Of a stretch of 64,000 bases of DNA, positions 1 to 11,214 are shown in pieces (within the stretch, counting starts at the first letter, position 1; each line of letters begins with the position of its first letter). This DNA comes from Eukaryota sp. TZLM1-RC (taxonomy: Eukaryota; Protista; Metamonada: BaSk clade), in the NCBI GenBank assembly GCA_040285825.1, contig JAUPSS010000001.1, positions 3,348,001-3,412,000 of the forward strand, written 5' to 3'. Position numbers and translations under genes: made by a program. Under the pieces are notes generated by a model. It was not told the origin of the DNA, did no database searches, and was given only the letters and a program-made list of their open reading frames with translations.

Positions 1-1654
1 TGACCAGTCTTTCAAGTTCTTCAGTTCTGAACGTATCGACACGTGGCAATGACTTTGAAGGAGCCTTAACCACTGCTTTTTTCGCGGTGTTATTATAATT
101 TAACCCGGCCTCTATAAAAGAAGTCAACAAAAGTACCCTCCTATCCTTAAATAAATCAGCATCTGTGAGCCCAATTGTAAAATTTTGGTGATCTCTATTC
201 TGATCTTCTAATCTAAGGATGAAACTTTCAGTTTTTGACTGTACACGTGTCCTATCTGGACTAACAGTGGGAGCAACTCCCGCAACTAAATCACAAAGTA
301 ATTGTTGTTGTCGTTGATTTTGCAATTTCAAATTTAATCTTTTTTCTTCCAAAGTTTTCAATTTTTGAGAATATAACTTGGACCGATATTCTGCTCTTTG
401 CCTTAATTTTTTATAATTTTCCTTTTTCTCGCTTAACCATTGTTGCTTTTCCTTTCTTTCTTCTTTATTTTTATTAATCTTGAACAATTTTAATTCATGA
501 TTGTGAAATAACAAAATTCCTTTGGTAATAAAATTTGATAAATTGAAAAAATATTGTAGGTTAGATTCCCTGGTGATTAAATCTCTTAAAATTTTGGCAG
601 AAAAATCGTCAAGCTCACGCTCTACTTCATCATGATCTCTCCTCATGGTGGTCAAAATTTTTGCCCAGCCACGCTTCAAACATTCAAATTTTCGACGAAT
701 TTCTTTCTGATCTCTCCTTCTTTCAACTTCAGCAACACACTGTTCAACCAACTTCTTTAATTCTTTAATCAATGAAACTTTTTTATCAAAACAATTCTTT
801 TCAATACCTTTAAGAGCAGAATTAAACCTCTGTCTGACACCTGTATACTCAATAAACGATTCAGCGCAAGACGAGCTCACTGCGAAATATTCAGCCAGTC
901 TGACACATATGATATTTGTCTTAATACCAGAATGTGCCAAAGTTTGGTAAAATTTTAAAGGATCGGCAGACTGAACTTTAGTTTTAGTTGACTCTCCTTG
1001 ACTCTGAGTCAAGAACATGTCGTAATTTGATTGATTATTTGATTGAAACAATTCACTACACTGATTTTGTAAATTATTCAAAATTGACCGAAAATAAGAG
1101 GATACTGAATTATATTTTCTAATTTTTTCATTTTCAATTGTTTCAAAACCTTCAGTTAGTTGTTGTCTTAAAGATTTTGCTAAATATGAATCGAGTTTTG
1201 CCAATTGAGAAAAATCAATATATGGCAAGTTGCAAGTTTCAAAAGAAAATTTCATGATTAAATTACTACAATGTTGAACCAAGTTGCTCGGGTTCAAGTC
1301 CACGCAACCCCAATTTTGTAAATATATTTTCCATGACTCCAAGACCTCCTCACCAGCTTCAGCATTGGATGAAAGAAGTGATGATCTGAAGGTCATGGAC
1401 TTTGGTAACGGGGAAGAAGAGGATTGATATGTAACAAGCGAAGGATGAGTAGATTGTACACTGTTTAGAGCATGGTTATACTGAGTTTGGAGACGATTAT
1501 AACCATTCAGCCAACCACTAGATTCAGTAATGACTTTGCTTTTGGAAGATAGTGTCTTTGAAGCAGTCAGGAGTCGTTGAGTGAGGTCAGCTGTGTCATT
1601 GAGTGTTCGGGAACGAAGATTGTTAAGTCGTTGTAAGGTTTGGTTATTTGACAT
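1..1654 (-). CDS. CCDC148-like coiled-coil protein (3'-partial, runs off the window)
   Basis: Not in the ORF track because it has no stop inside the window. Hand translation from the ATG at 1654 gives MSNNQTLQRLNNL...GWLNGYNRL. The C-terminal part, LVAGVAPTVSPDRTRV...DLFKDRRV...EAGL...PRVDT, resembles the CCDC148 C-terminus. Start and end are in the same frame; the middle was only spot-checked. Confidence 0.6.
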   Translation of the reverse strand, partial: MSNNQTLQRLNNLRSRTLNDTADLTQRLLTASKTLSSKSKVITESSGWLNGYNRLQTQYNHALNSVQSTHPSLVTYQSSSSPLPKSMTFRSSLLSSNAEAGEEVLESWKIYLQNWGCVDLNPSNLVQHCSNLIMKFSFETCNLPYIDFSQLAKLDSYLAKSLRQQLTEGFETIENEKIRKYNSVSSYFRSILNNLQNQCSELFQSNNQSNYDMFLTQSQGESTKTKVQSADPLKFYQTLAHSGIKTNIICVRLAEYFAVSSSCAESFIEYTGVRQRFNSALKGIEKNCFDKKVSLIKELKKLVEQCVAEVERRRDQKEIRRKFECLKRGWAKILTTMRRDHDEVERELDDFSAKILRDLITRESNLQYFFNLSNFITKGILLFHNHELKLFKINKNKEERKEKQQWLSEKKENYKKLRQRAEYRSKLYSQKLKTLEEKRLNLKLQNQRQQQLLCDLVAGVAPTVSPDRTRVQSKTESFILRLEDQNRDHQNFTIGLTDADLFKDRRVLLLTSFIEAGLNYNNTAKKAVVKAPSKSLPRVDTFRTEELERLV

Positions 1655-2260
1655 TTGCGTCTTGACAAATCAATCTTTTAGATTGCTTACCCACTAAAAT
1701 CTAGCAAAACACTTAAAGGAACAAGACCTAAAGAGACGTATCAACTTCAACCACTAGGTCCAAACAATTCTTCACAGTTGTTATCACAATGGAGACAACA
1801 CGAAAGAACAACAATTTGTCCTACCAATCAGACTTTACTAGGAATCTGTTTGAAATTTCAATTACAGCAATATTGGCTTTAAAAAGGCTCAAGAAATTGA
1901 AAAAATGATACAAAAACAATTATTAAACAAATAAATATTAGTAGTTTGTGCAAATATTTCTGCAGAGTATTGCAGTTTTACACTATTTTGTTAATTGAGC
2001 ATCAATGAAGTCGCATTAGTGATCAATGCAGAGTAAATTAAAATTTGCATAAGCGACAACAGATGGAAAGTACAAAATGACTTGCTCAATATCAGATTCC
2101 TTGATGATCACCACATACGACACCCGATTTAGCTTCCAATAAAGGGTGATTGAAGATAGACTTCCTTTAAAAGAAGAATCATTTGAAATGAATCAAATCA
2201 ATTCAACTTGCTCAACATTCAAGGCCCAACAACACTCCTGCATTTTCCTTTTTTCAGTCG

Positions 2261-3619
2261 ATGTCCACTGACAGTGACTTAAGTGATCTTGATGACTTTG
2301 TGGATGCCATAGAAGATGACAAACCGGTACCTTATGTACCTACCGGAGAACATGTCAATGTTTCCACTCATCAACGCATGAATGAATGTGACTTTAGTAA
2401 CCTTATTCAACGTCAGATCATAGAAGTCACCCAAAACCCCATTTGGTCACTCAAATTTGGACCAGATCCTCAAAATCCACTTCTCCTGGCATGTGCTGGA
2501 GGTGACAACAACATCCATATCTTCAAGGTCCTTTCATCTGAGCCATGTTTTCACTTCAACCCTTCAGAATACAACTCCAAAGTACTCTCCCCACAACCCA
2601 TACTGGTCCTTCAGGGCCACGCACGCCCTGTCATCTCTCTTTGCTGGCGTCCTGATGGTCTCTTGCTCTCCGCTAGTGCTGATAAAACAGCCCGTCTATG
2701 GTATATACCCCCTGACGATCCTCTCTCCGCACCTCCTCGTCCCACCGCTATTCTAGACCATAAGGAAGTAGTCACATCTGTCATACTACCCAATCTTCCC
2801 CCCACAACAACTACTGAGGGTCAAGTATCATCATTTCCTGATTACGCAATCACTGGTTCTCTTGACCAAAACGTCTATATCTGGAATTGCTCTGATCCCT
2901 CCAAGCCTATCGCCTTTGTTCATTTGAAAGCAATGGTCACTGCGATGGACTGGATTCCCCCACGACGACTTTCTCCTTCGTCTAGTGGGGAAGGGGGTAG
3001 TGGTGGTGGAACTTTGGTCGTTGGGACTCATCACGCTTGGTGCTATGTCTTTGATTTTGTTATAAATCCAAGGGTTTCGCTATCACAAGTTTATTTGTTT
3101 CAAGCAGTCAGTCAACGCGGGTCAAACTCGAAAGGTCATAAAGTGACGTCAATCTGTGTTAGACCAGAAATTAACAGAATGCTCATTTCTACGAATGATT
3201 CGCGAATCCGAAGCTTTGTGTTTTCTACGTGCAAGAAATCAATCAAATATATTGGCCATGTTTCTAAAAATAGCCATATGGGAGCAAGTTTCAGTCCAAA
3301 TTGCAAGTACGTGCTCTGTGGATCTGAAAACAAAAAAGTATTTATATGGCCGATTGAATCTAATTACGTCCCAGCAATTAATCCAAAACTAAATATTTTT
3401 AACAAAAACACACACAACAAATCATATGAATTAATTCACCTTGCTGATTCTGTCACTTCAGCTGTTTTCGCTCCTAGCAGTATAGGCCACATAGTCCCCC
3501 CGGATTATGAAGTTGGCTCAGGTAACGAAAACAGATTCATAATAGTAGCAACAGAGGATGGTTTTCTGTTTGTTTTTGAGAATTTGGCTCAACCACGAGA
3601 TTTTCAAAGTCCCCAATAA
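2261..3619 (+). CDS. WD40-repeat protein, WDR44-like
   Basis: 452-aa ORF with WD repeats (GH..V....W, SADKTARLW, GSLDQNVYIW) and WDR44-type ISTNDSRIR...KYIGH...SFSP...GSE..VFIW motifs. Confidence 0.75.
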   Translation: MSTDSDLSDLDDFVDAIEDDKPVPYVPTGEHVNVSTHQRMNECDFSNLIQRQIIEVTQNPIWSLKFGPDPQNPLLLACAGGDNNIHIFKVLSSEPCFHFNPSEYNSKVLSPQPILVLQGHARPVISLCWRPDGLLLSASADKTARLWYIPPDDPLSAPPRPTAILDHKEVVTSVILPNLPPTTTTEGQVSSFPDYAITGSLDQNVYIWNCSDPSKPIAFVHLKAMVTAMDWIPPRRLSPSSSGEGGSGGGTLVVGTHHAWCYVFDFVINPRVSLSQVYLFQAVSQRGSNSKGHKVTSICVRPEINRMLISTNDSRIRSFVFSTCKKSIKYIGHVSKNSHMGASFSPNCKYVLCGSENKKVFIWPIESNYVPAINPKLNIFNKNTHNKSYELIHLADSVTSAVFAPSSIGHIVPPDYEVGSGNENRFIIVATEDGFLFVFENLAQPRDFQSPQ

Positions 3620-3869
3620 ACCTGTATTATGAAGTTTTTTATTTATATTTTAGTATATACTATTTTAGTATATTCAGGAGTGTTGACTTTACCAAAATCA
3701 AATATTTTTATACTTTTTTAGTTGTTGTTTACTAGTGGATCTTCATTTCAAGATGGCTATTCATCTATCATTTCCGTCGTTGTTTGCAATAGAAATTCGT
3801 TTTTTCAACAAAAGCATTGATAATTTGACACATGATCATTCAAGTTCCAAAAAGTTTTTCAAAAGTTTT

Positions 3870-4010
3870 TTTAGGTGTTGTTATCTTCTGCTTTGATTTC
3901 TCTTGGTCACTCTTATGAAAGAAAAACTTCCAGCCAATTCTTTATGGCTGATTTGGGATATGAAGATTTAGTACTTTAATTTTGTTGTTCAGTTTCTTGT
4001 TGGAATAAAT
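3870..4010 (+). mobile_element. 3'-terminal fragment of CRE-like non-LTR retrotransposon (family F)
   Basis: Encodes SSALISLGHSYERKTSSQFFMADLGYEDL*, homologous to 60335-60530 and to the C-termini of the other RLE families. Confidence 0.6.
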
Positions 4011-4296
4011 TCAATTGTAAGAAAGTTCCAAAAATAATAAAGTTCATGAAAATACCCTTGTGGATAGAGAGTGAAACGAAAACTAAGGCAACATATATCA
4101 AAATTTACTGCAATATCAAATAATAATTTTACAAATGTTCATCAACAATAATTTTCGTTAATTCTGAAAATCAACTTACTTCAGTTGTGACTATTCCTAC
4201 CAGTCAAAATGATCTGGTACTCTGTGTTGTTCAATAATCATTTGACTATCAATAAGAAATTAAATAACAATCAACACAATTTATTATTCACAAAAA

Positions 4297-4732
4297 TCAA
4301 CTCGCCATCGGCTGTCCTATTCCATCAGACGTAACTGCACAAATCTCAACAATGACCCAGATGAAGACGGCCACAAGGGGGACGACTAACCATCCAATGA
4401 AAATAGTGATCAATAACTGAGCAACACCGGCTCCTACACGACCAACATAAAAGTTATGTACACCTAGGAGACCAAAGAAAAGGGCTAAGATAATGTATAC
4501 AATACGAGACTTGGGTGGGGTTTGGTATTGTTGGTAGGGTTGATGACTGTGGACAATTGTACTGAGATAATGATAAACACAGTGTAACATACACGGGAGC
4601 TGAAGGAGTAACAAAAACTGGGGCCGGATCGTGACCTTGTGGTGCTGAACCATAGGATTGCTGTGGGTGAGATGATTGGGGAGGAGGTCCCTGTTCATTG
4701 GGATTGGGATATAACAAAGGCTGTTGTTCCAT
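4297..4732 (-). CDS. TM2-domain membrane protein with one 31-nt intron (4562-4592)
   Basis: The P/Q-rich N-terminus (MEQQPLLYP...) and the TM2 domain (KSRIVYIILALFFGLLGVHNFYVG) lie in different frames. Removing GTATGT...CTCAG joins them into a 134-aa ORF. Confidence 0.8.
4562..4592 (-). other. 31-nt spliceosomal intron
   Basis: GTATGTTACACTGTGTTTATCATTATCTCAG; removal restores the frame (APV|TIVHSH). Confidence 0.75.
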
Positions 4733-4835
4733 TGATAAATCGTTGAAAGATGTTGTTCCTGAAAAACACTTTTGTTCAACTGAGAAAACAGATATTTTTT
4801 GTTTTCTACGTAAATTTTTTTTTTGTTTCATTTTA

Positions 4836-6120
4836 TTTATTTTTAAAACTGGAATAATTATTGAGATAAAAAAACCATCTAGAATTCAATATCCTCCAAA
4901 CAAGCTTCACTATTACTAAACCTACTCACAGCATTACGTTCATATTCTACACCAATAGCTAAAAGTGTCTTTGAAATCATTGTTGGAATAGACTTGAAAA
5001 TGCAAAAAACAATTCTATTTAACCAGAAAGTGGAATTCATTGTTTTACTAGACCTATTTAGTAACATTTTTTTGAAATTTTCAAAAAAGTGCAACCCTGA
5101 AGATCCAATATTGCCAAAAAGAGAAATTGCAAACGGCACAAACTGATATTTCACATGTTCCACTCTACCTAACTGTGCCAAAGGTTCTTCATATTTTTTA
5201 TCTTCTTTTTTTCGGCGTTAGATATCGGCGAGTCAGCGGAATACACTAAACGAGCAGCAGAATTTTTGCAAACATCCACTGAAACAACGTCTACAACATT
5301 GAGAACACCATCGATCCCTGGAGCTACTAAATCTGCCATTCTTTTACCAAAGGAATTATCCGTTTGATCTGAAGACAGCTTACGTACTAGTGGCTCAATA
5401 ATTGCCTCTATATTGAAACTTTTGCACATGGCATATAATTGATCACGAACTGAGTCATGAACAATTGAGCGACAAGTTATAAAATACTTACAGTTTAAAA
5501 TATGGGAAAGCGTAACAACACTCTTGCAGCGACAAATTAAATCATTTGGTAATGAACAAGGCCATAGAAAACATCTCATTCTCATTGCAGTGGTCCATTG
5601 GTGATCATTAAGTAAAAGGCCATAAATGTTGGGAATTTGGGAGATTAGGCAACTTGAGCAACTGTCTTCAAGATCAATCAAAAAGTTTGCAAAAACGGGA
5701 TTTTTTTCCTTAGCCAAGCTAAGACGTACAATATAATCCAAGTTTTCTAAAACTTTCAAGATTTTTTTCTGCAATTTTGCAAAAGTCAGTGGTAAGGAGA
5801 GCAAGCTTCTTGAAGGAAGTTCCACAATATCAGAGGGGAAACATTTAGCCCAAATATTGGGCGAAAGAGTTTCAATTTCCTGTTGCAAAGAAATAAGATA
5901 AGAGCTGCCACAATTTTCAATGAGATGAATTTTTTCAGGAAAACGATTCACAAATTCATAAATAAAATTCTTTCCACCTCCAATAAAGGCAGCTTTACAA
6001 AGGTAGCTTGATTTATGAAAATCAACACCACCAAAATTTGTACCACAAAAAATGTGGCTTCGTAACTGAGATGCATCAATTTCCAATAATTTTGCTAAAA
6101 AATTGGTTCTTTGTTCATTA
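4836..6120 (-). mobile_element. CRE-like non-LTR retrotransposon, family C, 5'-truncated and frameshifted
   Basis: ORFs 5169-6086 and 4879-5181 carry CxC...HxxxC, HDSVRD, EP, RxADL, DV and KY RLE motifs; A-rich tail; near-identical to 50209-50651 plus 57782-58785. Confidence 0.85.
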
Positions 6121-6425
6121 CAAAATTCTTACCACTTGAACGACAAAAATTACCAAAACCTTTAGAAAATTCAAACCACACTGACCAATGTTACCAAAAA
6201 TCGAGAAGGCAAAAGGAACAAACTAAAACTTCGAGTAAAGGTTCTTATTTAAATCATTCAATAACTCACCATATTTGTCTCGTTTACGAACCTCAGCCTT
6301 GTTCAAGTGGCCATTAGAACTAAGATATCATCACGATAAATTGAAGCAAAGGGATCAACAGTAGTAAAATCAACAACAACTTGAGAGGAATCCACAAAGG
6401 GAGCAATTAAATCACCACGACGCGA
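6121..6425 (-). mobile_element. CRE-like family A RLE fragment
   Basis: Aligns by eye to 32170-32480 (RRGDLIAPFVDSSQVVVDFTTVDPF). Confidence 0.75.
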
Positions 6426-6479
6426 ATCAAACAAATAAATCAATTTTGTCAATTTTTTTCTAAAATCAAATGTTTCAGT

Positions 6480-7085
6480 TTCATTTCCAAAGACATTAAG
6501 TCATCAATGAACCACCGCTAAAACTATGAGATGTTTCCTATGGCCTTGTTCGTTACCAAATGGTTTAATTTGTCGCTGCAAGAGTGTGGTTACGCTTTCC
6601 CATATTTAAAGTGCAAATATTTCATAACTTGTCGCTCAATTGTTCATGACTCTATTCGTCATCAATTATATACCATATGCAAAAGTTTCAATATAGAAGC
6701 ATTTATTGAACCTTTAGTTTGTATGCTATCTCCAGATCAAACTGATGATTCTTTTGGAAAGTGAAGAACAGATTTAGTAGCTCCAGGGATAGATGGTGTT
6801 CTCAACGTTGTGGATGTTTTGGATGTCTGCAAAAATTCTGCTGCTGCACAAATTCGTTTGGTGTACTCCGCTGATTCACCGCTGTCTAACGCCGAAAAAA
6901 AGAAAATGAAAAATATAAAGAGCCATTGGTACAATTCGGTAGTGTCGAACATGTGAAATATCAGTTCGTGCCGTTTGTAATTGCTCTTTTTGGCAATATT
7001 AGACCTTCAGGGTTACACTTTTTTGAAAACTTAATAAGTTTTACTGAATAGATCTCATAAAAAATGAATTCCACTTTCTGGTTAT
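6480..7085 (+). mobile_element. CRE-like family C RLE fragment (degenerate)
   Basis: CKYFITCRSIVHDSIRHQLY...EPL...; reverse complement of 5020-5600. Confidence 0.8.
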
Positions 7086-7139
7086 TATTTTGATCAAGTG
7101 TCCAGGTTCAATAAATATCACTTTCTGGTTGATTGTTTT

Positions 7140-8041
7140 TATCAATTTTATTAAAAATCTATAAATCAACATCTAAATAATCCATCTCTCCCAAAACAAA
7201 AACACTAGATGCAACTCTCTTATAGTGAGATCCAAGAGAAAGCAAAGCATCAGAAACCATCTTCAACATCCCCTTAAAAATAGAAAACATAATTCTATTT
7301 TGCCAAAACAATCTGTTGAAATTTCTGTTAGTTCTTCCTTTTACAATCATTTCAAAATCTGCCAACAAACGTATAGCCGTTGGAGCAAGTGAACCAAAAA
7401 GAGAAAATACAAACAAATACAAATTGTATTTTACATGCTGTTGACTGGACAATTTGGACGAATGTTCATTGTATTTTTTGATTTTGATATTTTCAGCATT
7501 CGAAAGAGGATTGTGAATTTCAGAATTAACAAGCCTTTCATTTGAAGCATTACAAGGACGAACAGACATTACATCCAATAAAATGAAGGTTCCATCCAAT
7601 CCAGGCAATATGACATCACCTCTATTGTTCCTATGAAAATCATCTTCAGCATCAAACAGATTTGTAAACAGAGGATCGATCCAGAAAAGATTCAAATCTA
7701 TAAGACTTACACATACAATTTGATTGGTGTCTTACAACATCGTGAACCTTGCTTCTAAAAGTAATAAAATGTTTACAATTTAACAAATGAGTAACTGTAA
7801 TTTTTCGAGAACATTTACAAATTAAATTATGAGGTAAATTATCAGGCCAGATAAAGGAACGAAATCTCATATTGAATGTCCAGGCAGAATCAGTTAAGAG
7901 AGTACCATAAACTTGAGGAATTGTTGTTACTGGGGCAGAAGAAGTACTATCACACATATCTTGTAAAAGATTTGCAAAAGCGGGATTTTTTCTTGGCCAA
8001 GTCTAACATCAAAATCCAAGCTTTCAAAAATCTTTGACAAT
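7140..8041 (-). mobile_element. CRE-like family D 3' fragment
   Basis: ORFs 7652-7957 and 7159-7695 closely match 26160-27045 (RGDVILPGLDG, MDYLDVDL*). Confidence 0.85.
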
Positions 8042-8064
8042 CTGGTTAAATAGAATTGTGTTTT

Positions 8065-10460
8065 GCATTTATTTGTCAATTTTGGTCTACTAATCCAATA
8101 ATTGCCTCAGAAGTTCTTGCTGCAATTAAAAAATTACCAAAAGGTAAAGCTGCTGGACCATCGGGAATTTCGTTTGATATTTTAAAAACCGCTTGTGTTA
8201 AAACACCCGAAATTGCAGATGATTTAGCATTATATTTCCAACAATTGGTCTCTTTAAAAGTCGTTCCTTCACATGAGCTTACTGCTGCACGACTTATTGC
8301 TTTAGTTAAACCTGGAAATGAATCTAAACCCTTTAGAATTCGTCCCATTGCTGTTGGTGAATCTCTCTCTCGTTTGTTTGCCTCAATTATTTTCAACAGA
8401 ATTGTGAAAAAAGCTGGAAAATTTTTGTCACCTTTGCAATTTGGTATTCAAACGATTGATGGAGCTTCAGTTGCTGCTCTTACATCTGATTTGTTCTTTA
8501 ACTCCAAAGGAAACAATTTTATTTTCAATTTAGATTTTAGCAATGCTTTTAATAGTGTAAAAAGAAAAGCAATGTACGACGTAATTCAAAAACATTTTCC
8601 TGAACTATCAAGCTATTTCTATTTGTTTTATGGTAAACCAAGTGAATTAGTTTATGATGTTTTTTCTCTCAAGTCTTCATCAGGTGTAAAACAAGGAGAT
8701 CCTTTGGGCCCATTATTATTTTGCTTAGCAATCCAAGAATCTTTGATTGCTATTAATGAAAAATACCCTTCTCTCAAAATTGTGGGTTATATGGATGACA
8801 TCTCCCTTATCGGTCCATTTGATGTTGTTCAAAAAGCTTCAAATGAAATTGCTGAACAATATGAAATTATTGGCCTTCACTTGAATCCCAAAAAATGTTT
8901 ATTAATTGGTAATAATTTCAAAGAGTTCAAAATTAATAATTGTAAAATTCCCTTTACAAATTATTCACAAGAAGCTTTTCGTTTTCTAGGATGTTGGTTA
9001 AAAAATGTTGATGAAATAACTAGAAATCTTAACGAAATTGGTGCTAAACTTGGCACTGAACTTCAATTAATTTCTGAATTAGAAATAGAAAAACAAAAAA
9101 GTTTTTTATCTTAAAAATTTGTTACTCCGGAAAAATTACTCACTTATTGAGGTCGACAGCACCTTCATTGTCTATTGATTTCTGCCGATCATTTAATCAA
9201 CTCCGTGCAACTTTCCTTGCTTCCTTATTAGAAGTGAACCCTGAGCTTATTCGAGCCCACTTGTTCTCTTCTTGACAATTTGGTGGTGTTGGCTTTACCA
9301 AATCCTCGATTCTTTGTCAAGCAGCTTTTGTTGGTGGTGGAAGAAATTTTATTTTTGAATTTCTTAATCGTTTCCCTGAAGATATTCATTTGCTTAATCC
9401 ATCATTTTGAAAATATTTGTATGACCTTGATGTTGCTATTAATAAAATTGCACCAGAAATTTGGTGTCAATGCTTTCCCGACTCAGTTCAAGAGATTACT
9501 CCACGAAATTTAGTTAATTTAAGGTATTGTGTGAAGAAGCTTCAACAAAAACTGACAGTAATATTTGAAGGCTTGGATTATGAAGTACGTCCTGGCATGG
9601 CCAAGAAAAAAAATCCCGCTTTTGCAAATTTGTTACTGGATGTTTGTGATAGTTCTGCCTCTTGTTTGATTAATCAAGTACCAAGAGTTTATGGTTTGTT
9701 TCTCAATGACCCTTGCTTTTTGTTATCTATGCGTCTTCGATCTTTTATTTGGCCTGATAATCTTCCTCATGGATTAATTTGTAAATGTGGAAAGTCTGTC
9801 ACTCCAACCCATTTATTTAATTGTAATCGATTTATTACTTTTAGATCAAAAGTGCATGATGCAGTTCGTGATCAGCTCTATTGTATGTTTAAGTCCTACT
9901 GGATTGAATCTTTATTAGAACCTTTGCTTTCCAATCTGGCTGAAGAATCTGACAAAAATTCTTTTGGTAACAGCCGCGGTGATGCGCTAGTTCCCGGACT
10001 TGATGGATCAATGATTATTATTGATGTCAGATCTACTGATGTATCAAACAGCTCAAATGAAAAACTGGCACAATCTTATAATTCACCTTTACGTAGAGCT
10101 GAAGAAGCGAAAATTATCAAGTACACAGAAAAAATCAATAATCTGAATTCCAACTCACATACTCAATACCTTCTTTGTCCTTTTGTTTTTTCTTTATTTG
10201 GAACCTTGGGTAAAACTGTTTTATCATTTCTAGATGATTTCTCTACTATTGTCAAAATAGAACTGGAAGAATATTTGACCGAACCTTTTGGCAAAATAGA
10301 ATTGTATTTTCCATTTTTAAAGGGATGCATAGCCTTATTTCTAGCTCGTTGTTATCACTAGGAAGATATTATGAAGAAAAGGTTGAAGGTAAATTTTCAA
10401 TGGTAGATGTGGAGTTTGAGGAAATAGATTTTTAGTTTTTAACATTTTTGTTTAAATAAA
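8065..10460 (+). mobile_element. CRE-like family E retrotransposon (RT + CCHC + RLE), frameshifted
   Basis: RT motifs GPSG, RPIAVGE, QFG, LDFSNAFNS, GVKQGDPLGP and YMDD; C-terminal HDAVRD/RGD/DV/KY; A-rich 3' tail. Confidence 0.9.
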
Positions 10461-10479
10461 TAAAAAGTCACTTAAAAAA

Positions 10480-10652
10480 AAGTTTTGCATTTTCAAGTCT
10501 ATTCCAACAATCATTTCTAAAGCTCTTTTAGCTATTGGTGTAGAATATGAACGAAATGCTGAGAGTAGGTTCAATAATAGTGACGCTTGTTTGGAGGATA
10601 TTGAATATTAGACAGTACTTCAGATCAATAAAAATACAGTTTACAAAAAAAA
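10480..10652 (+). mobile_element. CRE-like family C 3' stub
   Basis: KSIPTIISKALLAIGVEYERNA...CLEDIEY* followed by an A tail. Confidence 0.75.
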
Positions 10653-11214
10653 CTTTGCAACTGAAAACAGATATTGTTAATTTGAATTATCTATATTACT
10701 TAGACTTTTTCAATTCTTGGTTTTCCAGAGAGCTCTTCTCCAATCTTCCTTCTGGTGATGTTCCAATTCCTTTTTGAAGATAATATTTCTGAAACTCATG
10801 GGATAAGATTGATAATTTCTTTTGATATTGAGTCCAGAAGCAGGCCACAACATGTTCGAATCTTTTATTCAATTAATCTATTGAGTTGGTCATAGTCAAA
10901 TCAAGATATTTGAAAAATATATACATTTATATTCAATTTCAGTCAATGTGACAACTTCATTGTTCTACATTTTGCAACATTCAATGCATATTTATTAGTT
11001 TGATTTGTTGTTCCATTATCCTGCTTCTCTAGGAAGTTTATCGAGTGTCTAGCACTTAAATTTCAAGCAAAACAAAATAATTTTGAGGAATTTCTGACTT
11101 AAAGATTCTGCTTCTCAAATGAAATGTCAAAAAACGCAATGTTCCAAGCTTATAGTAAATTGTAAAGGGTGGAGCTTGGCTTTATGACTCATAAAGGAAG
11201 CTAAATTAAGACAA

